Assembly (NCBI GenBank): GCA_964234715.1 | Contig: OZ174278.1 | DNA: 64,000 bases | DNA from: Podarcis melisellensis | Taxonomy: Eukaryota | Strand: one strand, 5' to 3' | Shown: positions 1 to 29,848 of the stretch, piece after piece | Position numbering within the stretch: position 1 is the first letter of the stretch | Layout of the letters: every line of letters begins with the position of its first letter | Program-made: the position numbers and the translations under genes | The notes under the pieces: model-generated | The model's database searches: none | The model's input: only the letters and a program-made list of their open reading frames with translations | Told to the model about the DNA's origin: nothing

Positions 1-1268
1 GCAACTTATCAAATGGCATTTGATCTCTCCTGAGAGCTTGCAGTTCTTCGCATCTCTGCAATTGATTGAAGGCAATTCCGAGGAGAACACCATGCACCAA
101 CAATACAGAGGCCAATTGTATGCCTTGTGTCCCTTCCAGGAATGATCTATTCAGCATGTACATAACAGCCTCCTGGCAGTGGCTGTCAGGAGTTCTTTTA
201 TGAAGGTTTGCCAAGAAAGGAACAATATCACATACCAGGGCAGCTTGTTGGCAAAACGGAAGGGGCTGCCTTGCCATGCCGCCACCATCTACCTACTCCT
301 GCTGCTGCTGCATCTGCTACTGGACCAAAATCAGTGCCAATGGTGGGGCACCCATGGAGGCTTCTGCTGCCTGAAGCAGTCGTGTCATCCAGCCCTACGG
401 CTGGGCCAGCTCTGCCACATACCATTTCAACAGATTTCACTTCTTCCCCCCTGCCTGTCCTGTCAGTAGCTTCCTTGAACAAGGAGGAACTTTCCAAAAG
501 AAAGGCCCCAGTAACCCCCCCATTTCAGCTTCCAGTGGAAAATGAGAGGTCTTTGCATAAGGATCCTTGGTACCATGTATTCTATTATCTAGATGTGTAG
601 ATCATCCAGCACTTTTTATTGTTATTTTCTTACTGATGTTTTATTGATCCTGCAATAATCTATGTTGTTCGCAGGCTTAATAAAAGTGTGGTGTATGCAC
701 ATCTAAATAAATAATCACAGTAATCCCTGGGTAGTTTCCAGAATATCATAAAAATAACAGCAGTTGCAAAAATACACGCCAGTTAAACCAACAATTAAAA
801 GTATATTTTAAAGAAGCACAGAACAGTCTAAAACCCTGCAATTTTTTTTTTTTTGAAGTCTCACTGGTTCTCTCCAAATGCCTGAGAGAGCAAGAATGTT
901 TGGGGTTGGTGTCAGAAGAGCTTCTGCAAGTAATTTGAGACTATGCTGAGCTTGATGGATCAGTGTTTTGACTCAGGATAAGGCAGCTACCCAGGTTCTT
1001 TGTATGCAGACGTTATACAATAATTTCTGTTTGTTTTTATTTTTTCTCTAACAGAAACATGCCAGGTCAATTGTCATGTCAATCAATGTCAAAATGCATA
1101 AAGTATGAGACAGATTCAACTAACATATCCCACTACTAGAAGCCTGCACAAGGACATCCTGTTATGCAATAGGATCCTACTCAGAGTAAATCCATTGAAA
1201 TCAATGAGCATGACTAACTTATCCCTTTAAATTTCAGTGGGCCTACTCCAAGGAGGACTTGCATTGGC

Positions 1269-1318
<50 letters not shown>
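1269..1318. repeat. (AAT)n microsatellite
   Basis: About 16 tandem AAT units. Confidence 0.97.
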
Positions 1319-1320
<2 letters not shown>

Positions 1321-3737
1321 TTGATATTTATACCCCACCCATCTTGGCTGGGCTTCCCCTCTTACAACTCATCATTGACGGTTTTTACAATGCTACATGG
1401 GTGCATGGACCATTCTAATTTAGGATCATAATTCTACATCAAGCAAATACAAACTAAAATTATTTGTGGGAGAGAAAGGAAGTGTTAGTATTTTTTCATT
1501 TTGGTTAAAATAGTGCTATACCATCATTTTCTAAATGCATGGGAAAGTATGCAAAATATTCAGATGTACTGTATACATTTCCCCCTTTAAAAAAAATGTA
1601 AGAAGATTCAGCTGGGTGGAAGGCAAGCAGAGAAATCATTGGGTGGTAGCCAAAAAGCCATTTTTGAAGTAGGTACTGGAGAAGACAAAGTGGCTAAAAA
1701 AAATGATCTCATTGGGGTGGCATATTTTAAAATTTATAAACTAAAACTGCAATAGAAGCTATAAGAGCAATGCATGCATTTGCCAAATAGTTCTGTCCTT
1801 TTAAGATGCATTTTTAATGCATGCATATTCCATGGCAACCTTATGGAAATCTCAGCAAACGTTCCAAATATAGCGTTTACCCAATTCATCCTAAGGGTTT
1901 GTTTTTAAGTTGCCTTGTTTTTCCCTTCTTTATTTCCTTCTGGACCTCCCAAACACTTTAATGACAGCATTGATTTCATGGCACCTTCCCTGGAGGTTTA
2001 AGCGAGGGCTGCAATGCACTGGCAGTTTAAAGACCAAGGAACATGAAGGGCTTCTCTCCTTTCATAAAGGTTACTTCTTATAACAACACATTTATTGGGA
2101 GATGAAAAAGAAAAACTAATACCTGTATGTTGGAAGCAGGAGACTTGTGAGTTTTCCCAGTGGAATATGCCCCCCCGCCCCCCGCTTCTTCTTCTGCGAT
2201 GTTAATCTGGTGTCTGCTGCTTTGTTTTTGCTATGTGCTCTTGTAGGCACTTGGAGAACTATTGGGATTATCAGTGACTTCACCAGAGACCGAAACTTAA
2301 GCTGCTAAGAGGAAGAGGGAGTTTGCAACACCTAAACACCTTAAAAAGCAAAACAAAACTCCATGCACACATGGCAGAAAAATGATCTGAATGCATCCTA
2401 AAGATGGTTGTGTGAGAAAGGGCACAGTATGCAAATACAACAAAGGATCTTGTGGCACCTTCAAGTTCTTTGTTAATCTTTAATGTGCCATAGGACTTTT
2501 TTTGTTGTCTTTGCTACTCTTCTGGGATTTGTACACAAAGAGCTACACACACAGCACTTTTGATGCAGGTACACATCTGCATCCATGATGAGATCTTGAT
2601 AGTCATTTTGGGAGGAAAGACTGGCCTTTCATGCTGTGTTGCCGTCATGATTCATTTGATACGTGCAGATAGACACCCACCATAGGGATTCTGTTGAAAT
2701 TTCTAGGCTCTTTAAGGAATATTGAAGGGTTTACTATATTAATCATAAACAAACCTTTTGATTCCTGAGGTGAGTTCCAGCACCTCTTAGAAAAATAGCA
2801 CTGGATGTCCCTATTTTCATCAGAGAAATATTGTAGGGTATGCACTCATCAGAATCATGCATAACTGTGAGAGGAACAAGCATTTGCCAAGGAGAGGCTC
2901 CTCCCTGTTTCCCCCCATCCCACCTTCTTCTGTGTCCCAAAGGACCTGCACATTGGCGATTGTGCACCAGTTGGATGCACCTAAAATGGCCGCCGCCTGT
3001 GTATCCTGGCCCCAGGATACCCCACAGCCCAGAAACTCTGGGAAATTGCAATCAAATATCACTAGCAAGCTTAGGGCTGGTTAATGCATGAAGCGGTTAA
3101 GATCACTGAATTGTATTGCTAGACTCAGTTAAGTCACGCCCCTCATATCTAGTGAAGGAGGAAGTGAACCTTTCTTCATTCTCTTCCACCATGTGAAGCC
3201 AACCAGGCAATATGTCTGGGCTCGACTGCTTCAAGTTAAGACCATGTATTCAGAAGTATTTTTCCGTATTTTGCAAACCCAATATTTCTGCCTGTGTTCT
3301 TCTTGCTGCTGCTTTTTGCTGGAGCTTTTAAGCAAAGCATTTAAACTTATGAATGCTATGGTCTGTTCACTGCAAGAGGAATAGAGAAGGGAAGCACTGT
3401 AAGCAGACTAAATGGGATATTTAAAGTGTCTGCAACCTGTGCTCCTCATGCTTCACTGTGCTGCACAATTTTGTAATTTTATGACTCTGCTGTGTAATTT
3501 TATGACTCTTGCTGAATCCAGCCTTTTTATTATTATTAATTACCTCACACAGGCGATTGTATTTATTGCACGGAAACCTCAGCCACCCCAACCAGAAACC
3601 TTAGCCACGAGCCACAACAAACAACCTGAGGCATTTTCCACCCAGCGCCAGAACTACAGTTCCACAGCTGCTAATGGGACGGAACATAGTCGGGATGGAA
3701 CTGCTGCAATAGAACAACATGGGCTTTGAAGCCCAGA

Positions 3738-3900
3738 GTTTATATACCTCTTTAAACAAAAGCTTCAAAACTGTTTCAGACTGAATACAGTATGTGCAGC
3801 CATGCCTTTTCCTATGGACTAGTGTAGCCAGGATACTACTTGGCTGCACATATTCAGTCTGAAACAGTTTTGAAGCTTTTGTTTAAAGAGGTATATAAAC
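3738..3900. repeat. 60-bp inverted repeat (arms 3738-3802 and 3841-3900, 38-nt spacer)
   Basis: Arms are exact reverse complements apart from a 5-nt CAGTA insertion in the left arm. Confidence 0.95.
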
Positions 3901-4322
3901 AGATACTCTTCTTCCTTTCCTTTATGGAGCCCAAATGCATATGCAGTCCTTTAGCCAGTGTAGATAAATGTAGACTCTTGATTAATAGGACCGCCCTCAT
4001 TGAGAGGGGGCACTTTTTTGTAATGTTGGTCTGATTGGATCCCATTCCCTGAGCTAAGGTAAACTTGGCTTTTAGAGACAGGACATTTATCATGAAGCAA
4101 TCAGTGTAACTCTTCAGATACTTGTTTCCCGGTTGCTTCCAGCTTGCCTCCTTTTTCTGAGCAAACCAATTCCATTCAAAACTCTTAGCTGAGGTAAAGC
4201 ATATCCCAGGCTCCTGCAGCAAGCAGCTGACCCAACAGTTTATTTATTAAATTTGTATCCCGCCCTCCCACTCCAAGGTGCTCAGGGTGACAAAAAACAA
4301 GTGAATAAAAACACAATTGGGG

Positions 4323-4490
4323 GCAACATAGGAAGCTGCCTTATACTGAGTCAGACCATTGATCTATTTAGCTCAGTGCTGTCACTTGCTGGCAAATGCT
4401 CTCCAGGATTTCCAGTCTTTCCTGGAGACTCCAGGGATTGAACATTGGGACTTCTGCATGCAAAGCAAATGCTCTACCATTAAGCTACTG
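4323..4490 (-). mobile_element. tRNA-derived SINE with CR1-like tail (Squam3-like)
   Basis: Reverse strand has a tRNA-like head (gtagcttaatggtagagcatttgctttgcatgcagaag) and an aggcagcttcctatgtt tail. Confidence 0.7.
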
Positions 4491-6703
4491 GTGATAGCAC
4501 CTTCTCCAGCACTAACATGTAACTATATTGGTGTAAACCTTTCAAGCAGTCGTGCTGTGCTCTGCTGGTCCAAGTGATTTAGTCTCAATCTCTATTCCTG
4601 CATAAGTCATAACTAGACAAAAAGATCACAGTGTTGTTTAAAAACAGTGTAATTTTCCTAGAAAAAGAGGTGTTGGAACTCACCATGAATACCTCCTTCA
4701 TTCTCTTAGAATGGCAATGGCACCTACCTGGTTGGTGCTGGAACTGAGTTCCAGTAAGTTCTGGCTGAAAAAAAACCTGGTTTAGAATGATTTTTAAAAG
4801 AACATTAAACTCTAGGTGCCACCCCCCCACCCTCCATCCTCCCAAATGATGATTGGAAAGCGGAGTAATCATGGTACAAGCTATTCTGTGTTGTTCTGCC
4901 TTCTGCATAAAGCAAACACAGCTGCACAAAAATATCCTCGGGGTTTCTCAGCCAGAAATTAGCTTGCTTAAAGAAGGTGAACTTCGGTAATGGAGCTTTT
5001 AGAATGTAGGCCAAACAGCAGTAAATGTTCAAGTCATGCATAAAACCAAGAGAGGGCATCAAAGCAGATGTAATTAAAGTTCAAGGTTCTGTGCGTAGGC
5101 ATAAGGTATTAAGGCTGCCGGCAAGCAGAGAGCTGATATATAGTGAGGCCATTTTCCGCAGTAAGAAGGCATTTTGCTGTTATAAACAACAAATTTCCTT
5201 CAAAACACCTGGTGACCATAATATAAAAGAACCATGCCTGTACAACTTAAAGATGGCATTGATACCTCAACTGGAAGCTGCGCTATATGCTCAGTCTGCA
5301 GACTCTGGAAGACTCCATCAGCAAGAACCCACTTGTCAGGCAGTACCTTGCTTCTATAGCTTGGCTCTTCTAGTTCCTTATGGATGGTGTCTCTAACAGT
5401 ATCCAAGAAATTCTTGTCTCGGTCACCAGCTCCACTGTATACCATATTACTTTCTTGTTCAATTCTCTTCCTTCCCATCAGAATTCCTTCCTAGCATATA
5501 AACTTGGGTGCAAGATCCCTCATTCTACTAAATCTTCAGGCTAATGCAAGTCACACAAAGGATTGCAGCTCTTCCCATTCGTAGAAATCTGGATTAACCT
5601 CCTTTACTTTGATTTTTAAAAAACCTTCGATTCTGGTTATCATTGCTTTTAAGTGCAAATTAACTATGTTACGCACATTTCAAAAAATTGCACATTTATT
5701 CCATTTGCAGTACGACGTTTATGGGAAATTGATCTGAGGTTTACAGCACAGAATTATGGAACCACTCACATGGAGTGAAGCAGAGCTCAAAATTCACATA
5801 CTAAAAAGTATCATGCCTGATCAGACCAATGGTCCATATATGTTCCTCTAGACGTAGGGGAACCAAACACTGCCTGCCAGCTGACAGGGCTTTACAGAGC
5901 AGCAAGTCTGGGGCAGAGGTGGGAGGCTGGATAGTTGCTGCATGAGCTCCTGGCTGTTGCTGCGTTTGGGCCTGGATCAAGCTTGCTGTCATCACACAAC
6001 GTCAGTAGGATAGGCTCAGGATTCCACAGATCCCCTCACTGCCTCTCAAGGTTCCAATTGGAGGTTCCAATGAATGGAGGTACCAAGGGCAGGTTTTATT
6101 CATCTTCCAGTCGGGACACTGAGGGCTTCAGCACCTTGAGTGGGCTGGGAAATGAAGCCCTGTGGTTACTTAGACACCCTCCATCACTTCCCTGGAATGT
6201 TCAGACATGTTCTCTCCCCTGGCAAGTTCTCTGTATCTAGGAGGAGATGTACCTAGAAGGAGGAGTGATGTGCAGGATAGACTCAGGTAGAAGAAAATGG
6301 CACACAACTTGGGTGCCAACTTGAATAAAATATTGGGGGGGGGGGGGGTCATGTAAGCCACACCCCACATAATTGATCACATGATGTGGCACATGCACAC
6401 TATTTGAATGGTAATGCTGATCAACTTGGGGGCGGGGGCTTGGTCCCTTCAAATATTTCATTGGGAGACCAAAGGGACCTGAACCCCTAGGAATTGGCTC
6501 CTATGGTGTTTTTGTTTTTTAAAAAAGTGTGGCTGTGGAAGCGCCCTATCTGGATTGAACTCCAAGGGGGCTTTAAGCATTTCCCATGAGCTCTATTTTC
6601 CCCTATGAAAATTGCTCCCCCAAGCTTCTATTGGCCCCAGAAAGGAAACTGAAATTTGCAGCCATAGTGCAAATGGAGGGGAGGGGCTCCCCACTCTCCC
6701 AAA

Positions 6704-7087
6704 GGGCTGTAGCTCAGTGAGAGAGCATTTACTTTGTATGCAGAAGGTTCCTGGATTCATCTCTAGGTAGGAGTAGGAATAGGGTTGCCTGGAAGTTGCT
6801 GAGGTTTTTTCAGGAAGACCCCAAAAATGCGAACAAAAGAGCACTTTTTTGATTGACTTGCCTAAAGTCCAGGACAAAGTGCCTCCTCTCAGAAATTCCC
6901 CCTGGAATTTCTATTCCGCCTTTGAAATCCTGGTAATGTCTGGGAAAATCCAGGTGCACAGCAGCCCTAAGTAGGAAAGTCTCCTCTCTTAAAACCCTGG
7001 AGAGCTGCTGCCAGACAGTGTGTACAGTACTAAGCTGAATGGACCAGTGGTCTGACTCCAGGTAGCTGTCAAGCAGCTTCCTATGTC
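6704..7087 (+). mobile_element. Squam3-like SINE interrupted by a hAT MITE
   Basis: gggctgtagctcagt head; cctggagagctgctgccag body; cagcttcctatgt tail. Confidence 0.7.
6780..6969. mobile_element. hAT (Blackjack-type) MITE
   Basis: TAGGGTTGC...GCAGCCCTA termini; perfect 8-bp TSD AGTAGGAA (6772-6779 and 6970-6977). Confidence 0.85.
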
Positions 7088-7092
7088 TCTGC

Positions 7093-7330
7093 ACATGGGT
7101 CGGCAAACTAAGGATCTGGCCCAATCACCTTCTAAATCCGGCTCATGGACGGTCTGGGAATCAGCGTGTTTTTACATGAGTAGAATGTGTGCTTTTATTC
7201 AAAATGCATCCCTGGGTTATTTGTGGGGCACAGGAATTCGTTCATCCCCCCCCCCAATATAGTCTGGCCCCCCACAAGGTCTGAGGGACAGTGGACCGGC
7301 CCCCTGCTGAAAAAGTTTGCTGACCCGTCC
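7093..7330. mobile_element. hAT-Charlie-like MITE
   Basis: gggtcggcaaact...agtttgctgaccc terminal inverted repeats. Confidence 0.7.
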
Positions 7331-9038
7331 CTGCATTTCAAAGAGCAGCTTTTACAGTAGCAGAGGAAATAATTAATTTCTCCTTCCATGCCTGCAATGA
7401 CCCTGATCATTATCACATGCCCCAGTTGGTTGATATTTTCATTTTAAAAGCAACAACCCTGCAGGCTAAATGCAAAGATACATTTAGCATCGTATCATAT
7501 GAGAGGAGGAAATGATAACTAGCATACTTGTAGCAGCCTGCTCCACCCTTCTTCTTTTTTGCCAAATTATCAGAGCATTCCTTTTTAACCTCACATCCCA
7601 TGCTCCATCCTACATCAGTCTGAAGTCTCCTGGTGCTCAGCAACATTCCATGCAGCGGCTACTGAATGAAACTCTCTTGGAAAATATAATTGTTTCAGAA
7701 TAACAGGTCACTCCACTTCATCTAGAACACTTTGCCCTGGCAGTTTTCTAGGTATCTGTTTAGCTGGGAGAACGAGCAAACCAGGAAGTTGAATCTGAGG
7801 ACTGATTCACACAGTCAGGCTACGCGAATCACAAGCACAAGCAATCATGGCATTTCATGATCATGCAGAGGGAAACCATGGCCAGAATCAGGGTGGTGTG
7901 GGTGCCAAGCCGAGGGGGCACAAAATAATAACAAACAAACAAACAAACAAATTATTGTGAAAATAATAAGTATTTTTTTTGGGGGGGGGAGGAATCAAAT
8001 TTGGTCCATGCTCAGAATGCCATATGACCAAAATCGGCCCCTGCAAACTGGAGGAAGTGAGTGAAGAGCTAAGGAATACGACCGCAGCTGCTTGCATGTA
8101 TGTGCTCTCACCATCAGCACATGGTCATATGAGACGGCTGCATTGAGGAGGGGCTGGAGGATGGTGGGCTAAGCCCCCTTCCACATCCAACTGCATGGAC
8201 TATGAGAAATATCTGTTTTCACAGTCAGCAACTTTTCCACACCTTTCTCTTGCCTCTGGTTTGTGAGCAGCAGATGGTAAGGAAGGACAACTCTGCAGAA
8301 AAGGTTCCGGTTTGGCCTTGAGGGTCTTCTGTTGTGCAGCATGATCCCTAAAGTAAGGGAACTGACTGCAAAACAACCCAAGGTCTTTACCATAGCAATA
8401 TATTAACCAACATAGATGGCTATCAGTTATTATTGGCAGGTGTTGAGAGATTCCCACAAGAGCCTGTCCAGTGTTCAGGGATGATGGGAGTTGTACTCCT
8501 GCAGCTTCCAAGATATCCAGCAGCAGTGGAAGCGATCCCTGTTTTCAATGCTATCTTATCTGTTGTGGCCTGTCTTTGATTTGTGTTCCTTTTGTGTGGG
8601 CTGATTTGGAATGTTATTTCTCTCACACACAGTTCCTTATTCAACACAAGAAATAATAAAGGAGACAAAATACGTTTGCACACCTCTACTCTCCCCACCC
8701 AAAAGTCCCTCATTTGGAACAGCTGAAGTCATACACCTTCAGGTCCATGAGCATGGGCATAGCCGGGGGGGGGGCAGGGAGAGGCTGCTGCCCCCCCAGT
8801 CAATAAAAATACATTAGTGGGGGACAGGCCCTAATAAAAAGCCTGCTTCTCACTAAAAATCCTGGCTATGCCCATGTCCATGAGTCTGATGTCAGAGATG
8901 CTGAAGCACTCCAAAGCTTCATATTTAAAAGGCTGAGCACGGTTAAAACAATTTTGGCCCACTAAAAAAGGAACTGCTCTGGTTCTTCCAAAATGGATTT
9001 TTAAGTGGTGGCAGGTTTATAAATACTGTTACACTGTT

Positions 9039-9041
<3 letters not shown>

Positions 9042-9085
<44 letters not shown>
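9042..9085. repeat. (CA)n microsatellite
   Basis: About 22 tandem CA units. Confidence 0.97.
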
Positions 9086-9088
<3 letters not shown>

Positions 9089-9194
9089 GAATGGCAGCAC
9101 AAAACCAGAAAACTGCACAAGCAAACTACACTAAAAATTGTGCACGGAGAATCTGCTTGTGTGCTTTTGCACACTTATTGGGCAGCTTCTTCTT

Positions 9195-9875
9195 TTTATT
9201 CTTTATCTTTTAAAATATATTTTTATTGAAATTTTCCGGTTTACAAAAGCATGTGCAATGCCTCTTTTTTCAAGTTACATTTTCTACAGATCAGTCTCAT
9301 TTATTGAGACATTGGTATTACATTAGGAAGAAAAGGGGGAAACAGGTGGAGGGGGGATGTTAAAGGGTGTGTGTGGTGGGTTGGGTGGCAATGCTTCTAC
9401 TGTATTCCTGTTTTGTGTATGTGTGCCACTTATGTGGGTTCTCTTTACTAATTGCATGTATTTCTGTGGTGATGAGAGAGGTTGGGGGTGGCCTAGGCTA
9501 GGGTGTGGCTGGTTGTCTTTGGCTGTAGTGAAAATTGTTTTCATGTGTGAGTGGGCTGGGTGGGTGTTTTTGGATCAGGTTAGCCAGATTGATTCTAATG
9601 CTGTTGGCAGGTTCTTGTTGGGCTGTGTATGTGATAAAGGGTAACCATACCAGGGTGAAGGCGTCTTCTTCTATTTGTCCCCATGTCAGTTTCAGTTTGT
9701 TGGTTAGTTTTTCTAATAAGGCTGTTTCCCATACTACAGTATTTGACACCATTGGTCTATGCTTGCTCCTGACAGGTCTCTCCAGTGTCTGGCTATGATG
9801 CTTCTGGCTGCTGAGAGTAGGTGGGTTATGAGCTCTTTGTGCTGTGAGTGGGCATTATTAGCTGTTTCTTTTTTA
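9195..9875 (-). mobile_element. L1-clade LINE 3' fragment
   Basis: Minus ORF 9498-9752 (WETALLEKLT...VWLPFITY) resembles non-mammalian L1 ORF2 C-termini and is followed by an A-rich tail. Confidence 0.6.
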
Positions 9876-12085
9876 AGGTACATATGCAGCTAACTGTCAG
9901 TACTTAATTGGTATAATAGAGTCAACAAATTAGAAGGCAGGGACAAACGCAAACGCACTGGATGCCATCCACAGGCAGAGGACTAGCTCCAGGTCCTGCT
10001 AGCAGATAAAAAACAACAGGGAGAATTTGTTGTCCTTGCCTCACTTTGCTAACATACAAAGCACCATCCATAACAGATGAAAATAGACACTTCTGCTTAG
10101 CTAAATGGCAGAATCCTGGCAATGTTACATTTTTCATGCTTGTGTGTGACCCTAGGAACATGGACTTTAAGAAAGGCTGTGTGTATCCTACAGTACTGTG
10201 GAAGGATGCAGGGCATGATACTGAACAGAGAAGTCAGTATCCTGGGCATTTCAGCTTTCTCTCTCTTTTTTTTAAAAAAAGCAAGTTTCTAGTTGGGCTT
10301 GAAAGTATACTGCAGTTCTTAATGAACTCTCAGAAGCCAGAGAATTTCCAAATAAAGTTTTCAGTGCTCCTAAGGCATAATTTATTGTCCTTCTCCATGA
10401 CCAGCAAATGTTAATTGTATGCATGTAGATTCAGAAGCAAGCCCTACTTTGTTCAATGGACTTATTCTCAGGAAAACATGCACAGAATTCACATATCAAT
10501 TTGCATAATTTATAGCTTTTGTGGAAGCCAGCTTTAAAACAACATGGAGAGCACCATGCTTAGTTATACAAGCATTGTTACTTCCTTTGTTCAGGCGGTA
10601 GGTTTTGTATGTGTGTCTGCAGATAGACATTTACCAGCTGCTGCTGTTGAGCCACTTACAGTGCTCCTTCTGGTCCCCCAAAACAGCAATAAAGCCTTTA
10701 TTATTGTCTTTATCCACGCCTTTCTTCCTCCACCCAGTGGATTAACTGTCAGAAGACTAATTTCCCTGCATCTCATGGCTCTATGGTTTAAGAGGATGAA
10801 CTGATGCTTGGGCAATCTCAGGATGGAGTGGCATACCTCCTCCCCTCCAAATATTCCACAATGTTCATTCAGACTACATGAGACGCATCACAGGAAATTA
10901 GCAACTCTTTCACAAGACATTCACTTTTAGAATAACCCTTGAACCAAACCAAACCAAACCACAATTGTTTCTTTAACTTCCAGTAAAGTGTATATAGAAT
11001 TGCACCCTTAATGCTAGGAGCGGAAAAGTTCACATAAGTGGCCCTGATGCACATATGATGCATATACTGGTAAACCCAGTTTTTTGAGTGTTGATAAATT
11101 TAATTATTTTGTAGTTTCCTCAGCAAAAAAGGGGCTTTGCAACTTGAGTTGTAAATATATATTGCCAAGTGAATTTACAAGCACTGTGAGATAGGATACT
11201 TTCTGTCTCTTGAAGGAATAAATTGGTCCTAATACACAACTCATATGAATACACACATTTGCCTCAGAACAAGCAGCACTTGCAGCACTATTTTATTTTG
11301 ATGGGACTTACTAAAATAAATGTGCCTAAGATCATACTGTGTCAGATAGTGCAAATGTGAAGTTAGCATGTATGCAAGGGGAGAAACAAACTTTTTGAGT
11401 ATACAAAGATCTACTGAAGCAAGCCAACAATGTCAAATTGCTTTTCCTCAGGTGAATAGAGGATGAAGTTGGGGGGGAGGCTACTATGAGATCTGCTCCT
11501 TTGTCAAAATGCGTCCAAGGCGACAGGCATTCTGGAGAAGCGTCCTGAAGAGCTAAAAATACTGGGCGGCCTCTCAGCCCTTGACCTTGACCTCTGGGGT
11601 CAGAAGCCTCCCGCACTTAAGACGGCAGAGGCCAAACTCCTCCTTGCAATGGAAGGCAGCATTTTTCGTGGGCAAATGATGCGAGAGGCCCAGACAAGGT
11701 CATCGCTATGCATCCTTTCTCTGCAGAGGGTTTTTGTGACCAAGCGAAGCAACGGCATTAGGCGCCAGAGGGAAGGGGGTGGGAAAGGGGGAAAGGCGTA
11801 AGAAGGGGAACTCCGCCAGGAGGACATCGTCTCCTTATTGTTCAGGGGTTACAGGGCGTCGGGAGGGGCTGCTGGCTGCGCTGCTGGTTGCCAGGCGACC
11901 CCTCCTAGGTCACACAAAAGGCAGAAACGAGTCGCGCAACGCCACTCTGACGTTACCGCCAACTCTCGTGCTGCTTCTCGCAATCCTCGGGAAATAGATG
12001 GCCTCGGCTCTCCACTTTGGGCCCCTCACACTATACCCCCACCCCCACCCGAAGGCTGCGCCACTTCAGCAGCCGCATACATCCT

Positions 12086-12590
12086 AAGATGGCGGCAGGA
12101 CCGAGCGGAAATGCCCACGTGACCTAGAGAACCGCTCTGTTCCCAGAGCCTTATTTCATTTGGACAGAAATCTCGCGAGATCTCGAAGAAAACGAGGAGG
12201 GGGGGTGACTCACCAGAGTCTTTACGAAACGAAACGGGAGGGAGGGGAAGGCAAACCAGGGCGGGGAGGGAGGGGTAGAGATCTCGCGCGAGCAGCGCTG
12301 TAAACATTGTGTGAAGAAACCTCGCGATAACACCTAGATCCTCCTGAATCGGGAGGAGTCCGCAGCCTCCCTAGTTCTCGCGGTAGCCTTGGGATTTCTT
12401 CGCCCTCCCCCCACCTCTTTATGCGGAGCGGAGAGTTCTCCCCGCGATACTTTTTGCTGCAAGCAGCGGTGGGGGGAGGGGATCGAGAGGAGGAAGAAGG
12501 GGCGTGGTTTGCGCGCTGAAGTCAGCACGGCGCCTGCGAGGGGGCGGAGGAATATATAAAGGCCCGGGCCGAACTGGGGGGGTTTCAGTT
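12086..12590 (+). promoter_or_regulatory. DDX3X core promoter: YY1 motif (12086-12096), E-box CACGTGAC (12116-12123), CGCG/BANP palindrome TCTCGCGAGA (12171-12180), GC boxes (~12500, 12541), TATATAAA (12553-12560), Inr-like TCAGTT (12585-12590)
   Basis: Motifs read directly; TATA-to-Inr spacing about 32 nt. Confidence 0.8.
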
Positions 12591-12708
12591 AGAGACGCGA
12601 TTCCGAGGCGAAGTAGTGGCGAAAGCGACAGCGGCCCAGGCTAGTTCTACGTCTAGTGAATCCGAATTTCTCTACGCGGAGCGGGACCTCCCGACACGAT
12701 CTCTCGTT

Positions 12709-29848
<17,140 letters not shown>

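Noticed and set aside
1-600. 130-aa and 96-aa ORFs at the window start
   Set aside because: No recognisable domain or splice context; probably an old repeat or chance.
1237-1431. Poly-Ile 'transmembrane' ORF
   Set aside because: Translation of the (AAT)n microsatellite.
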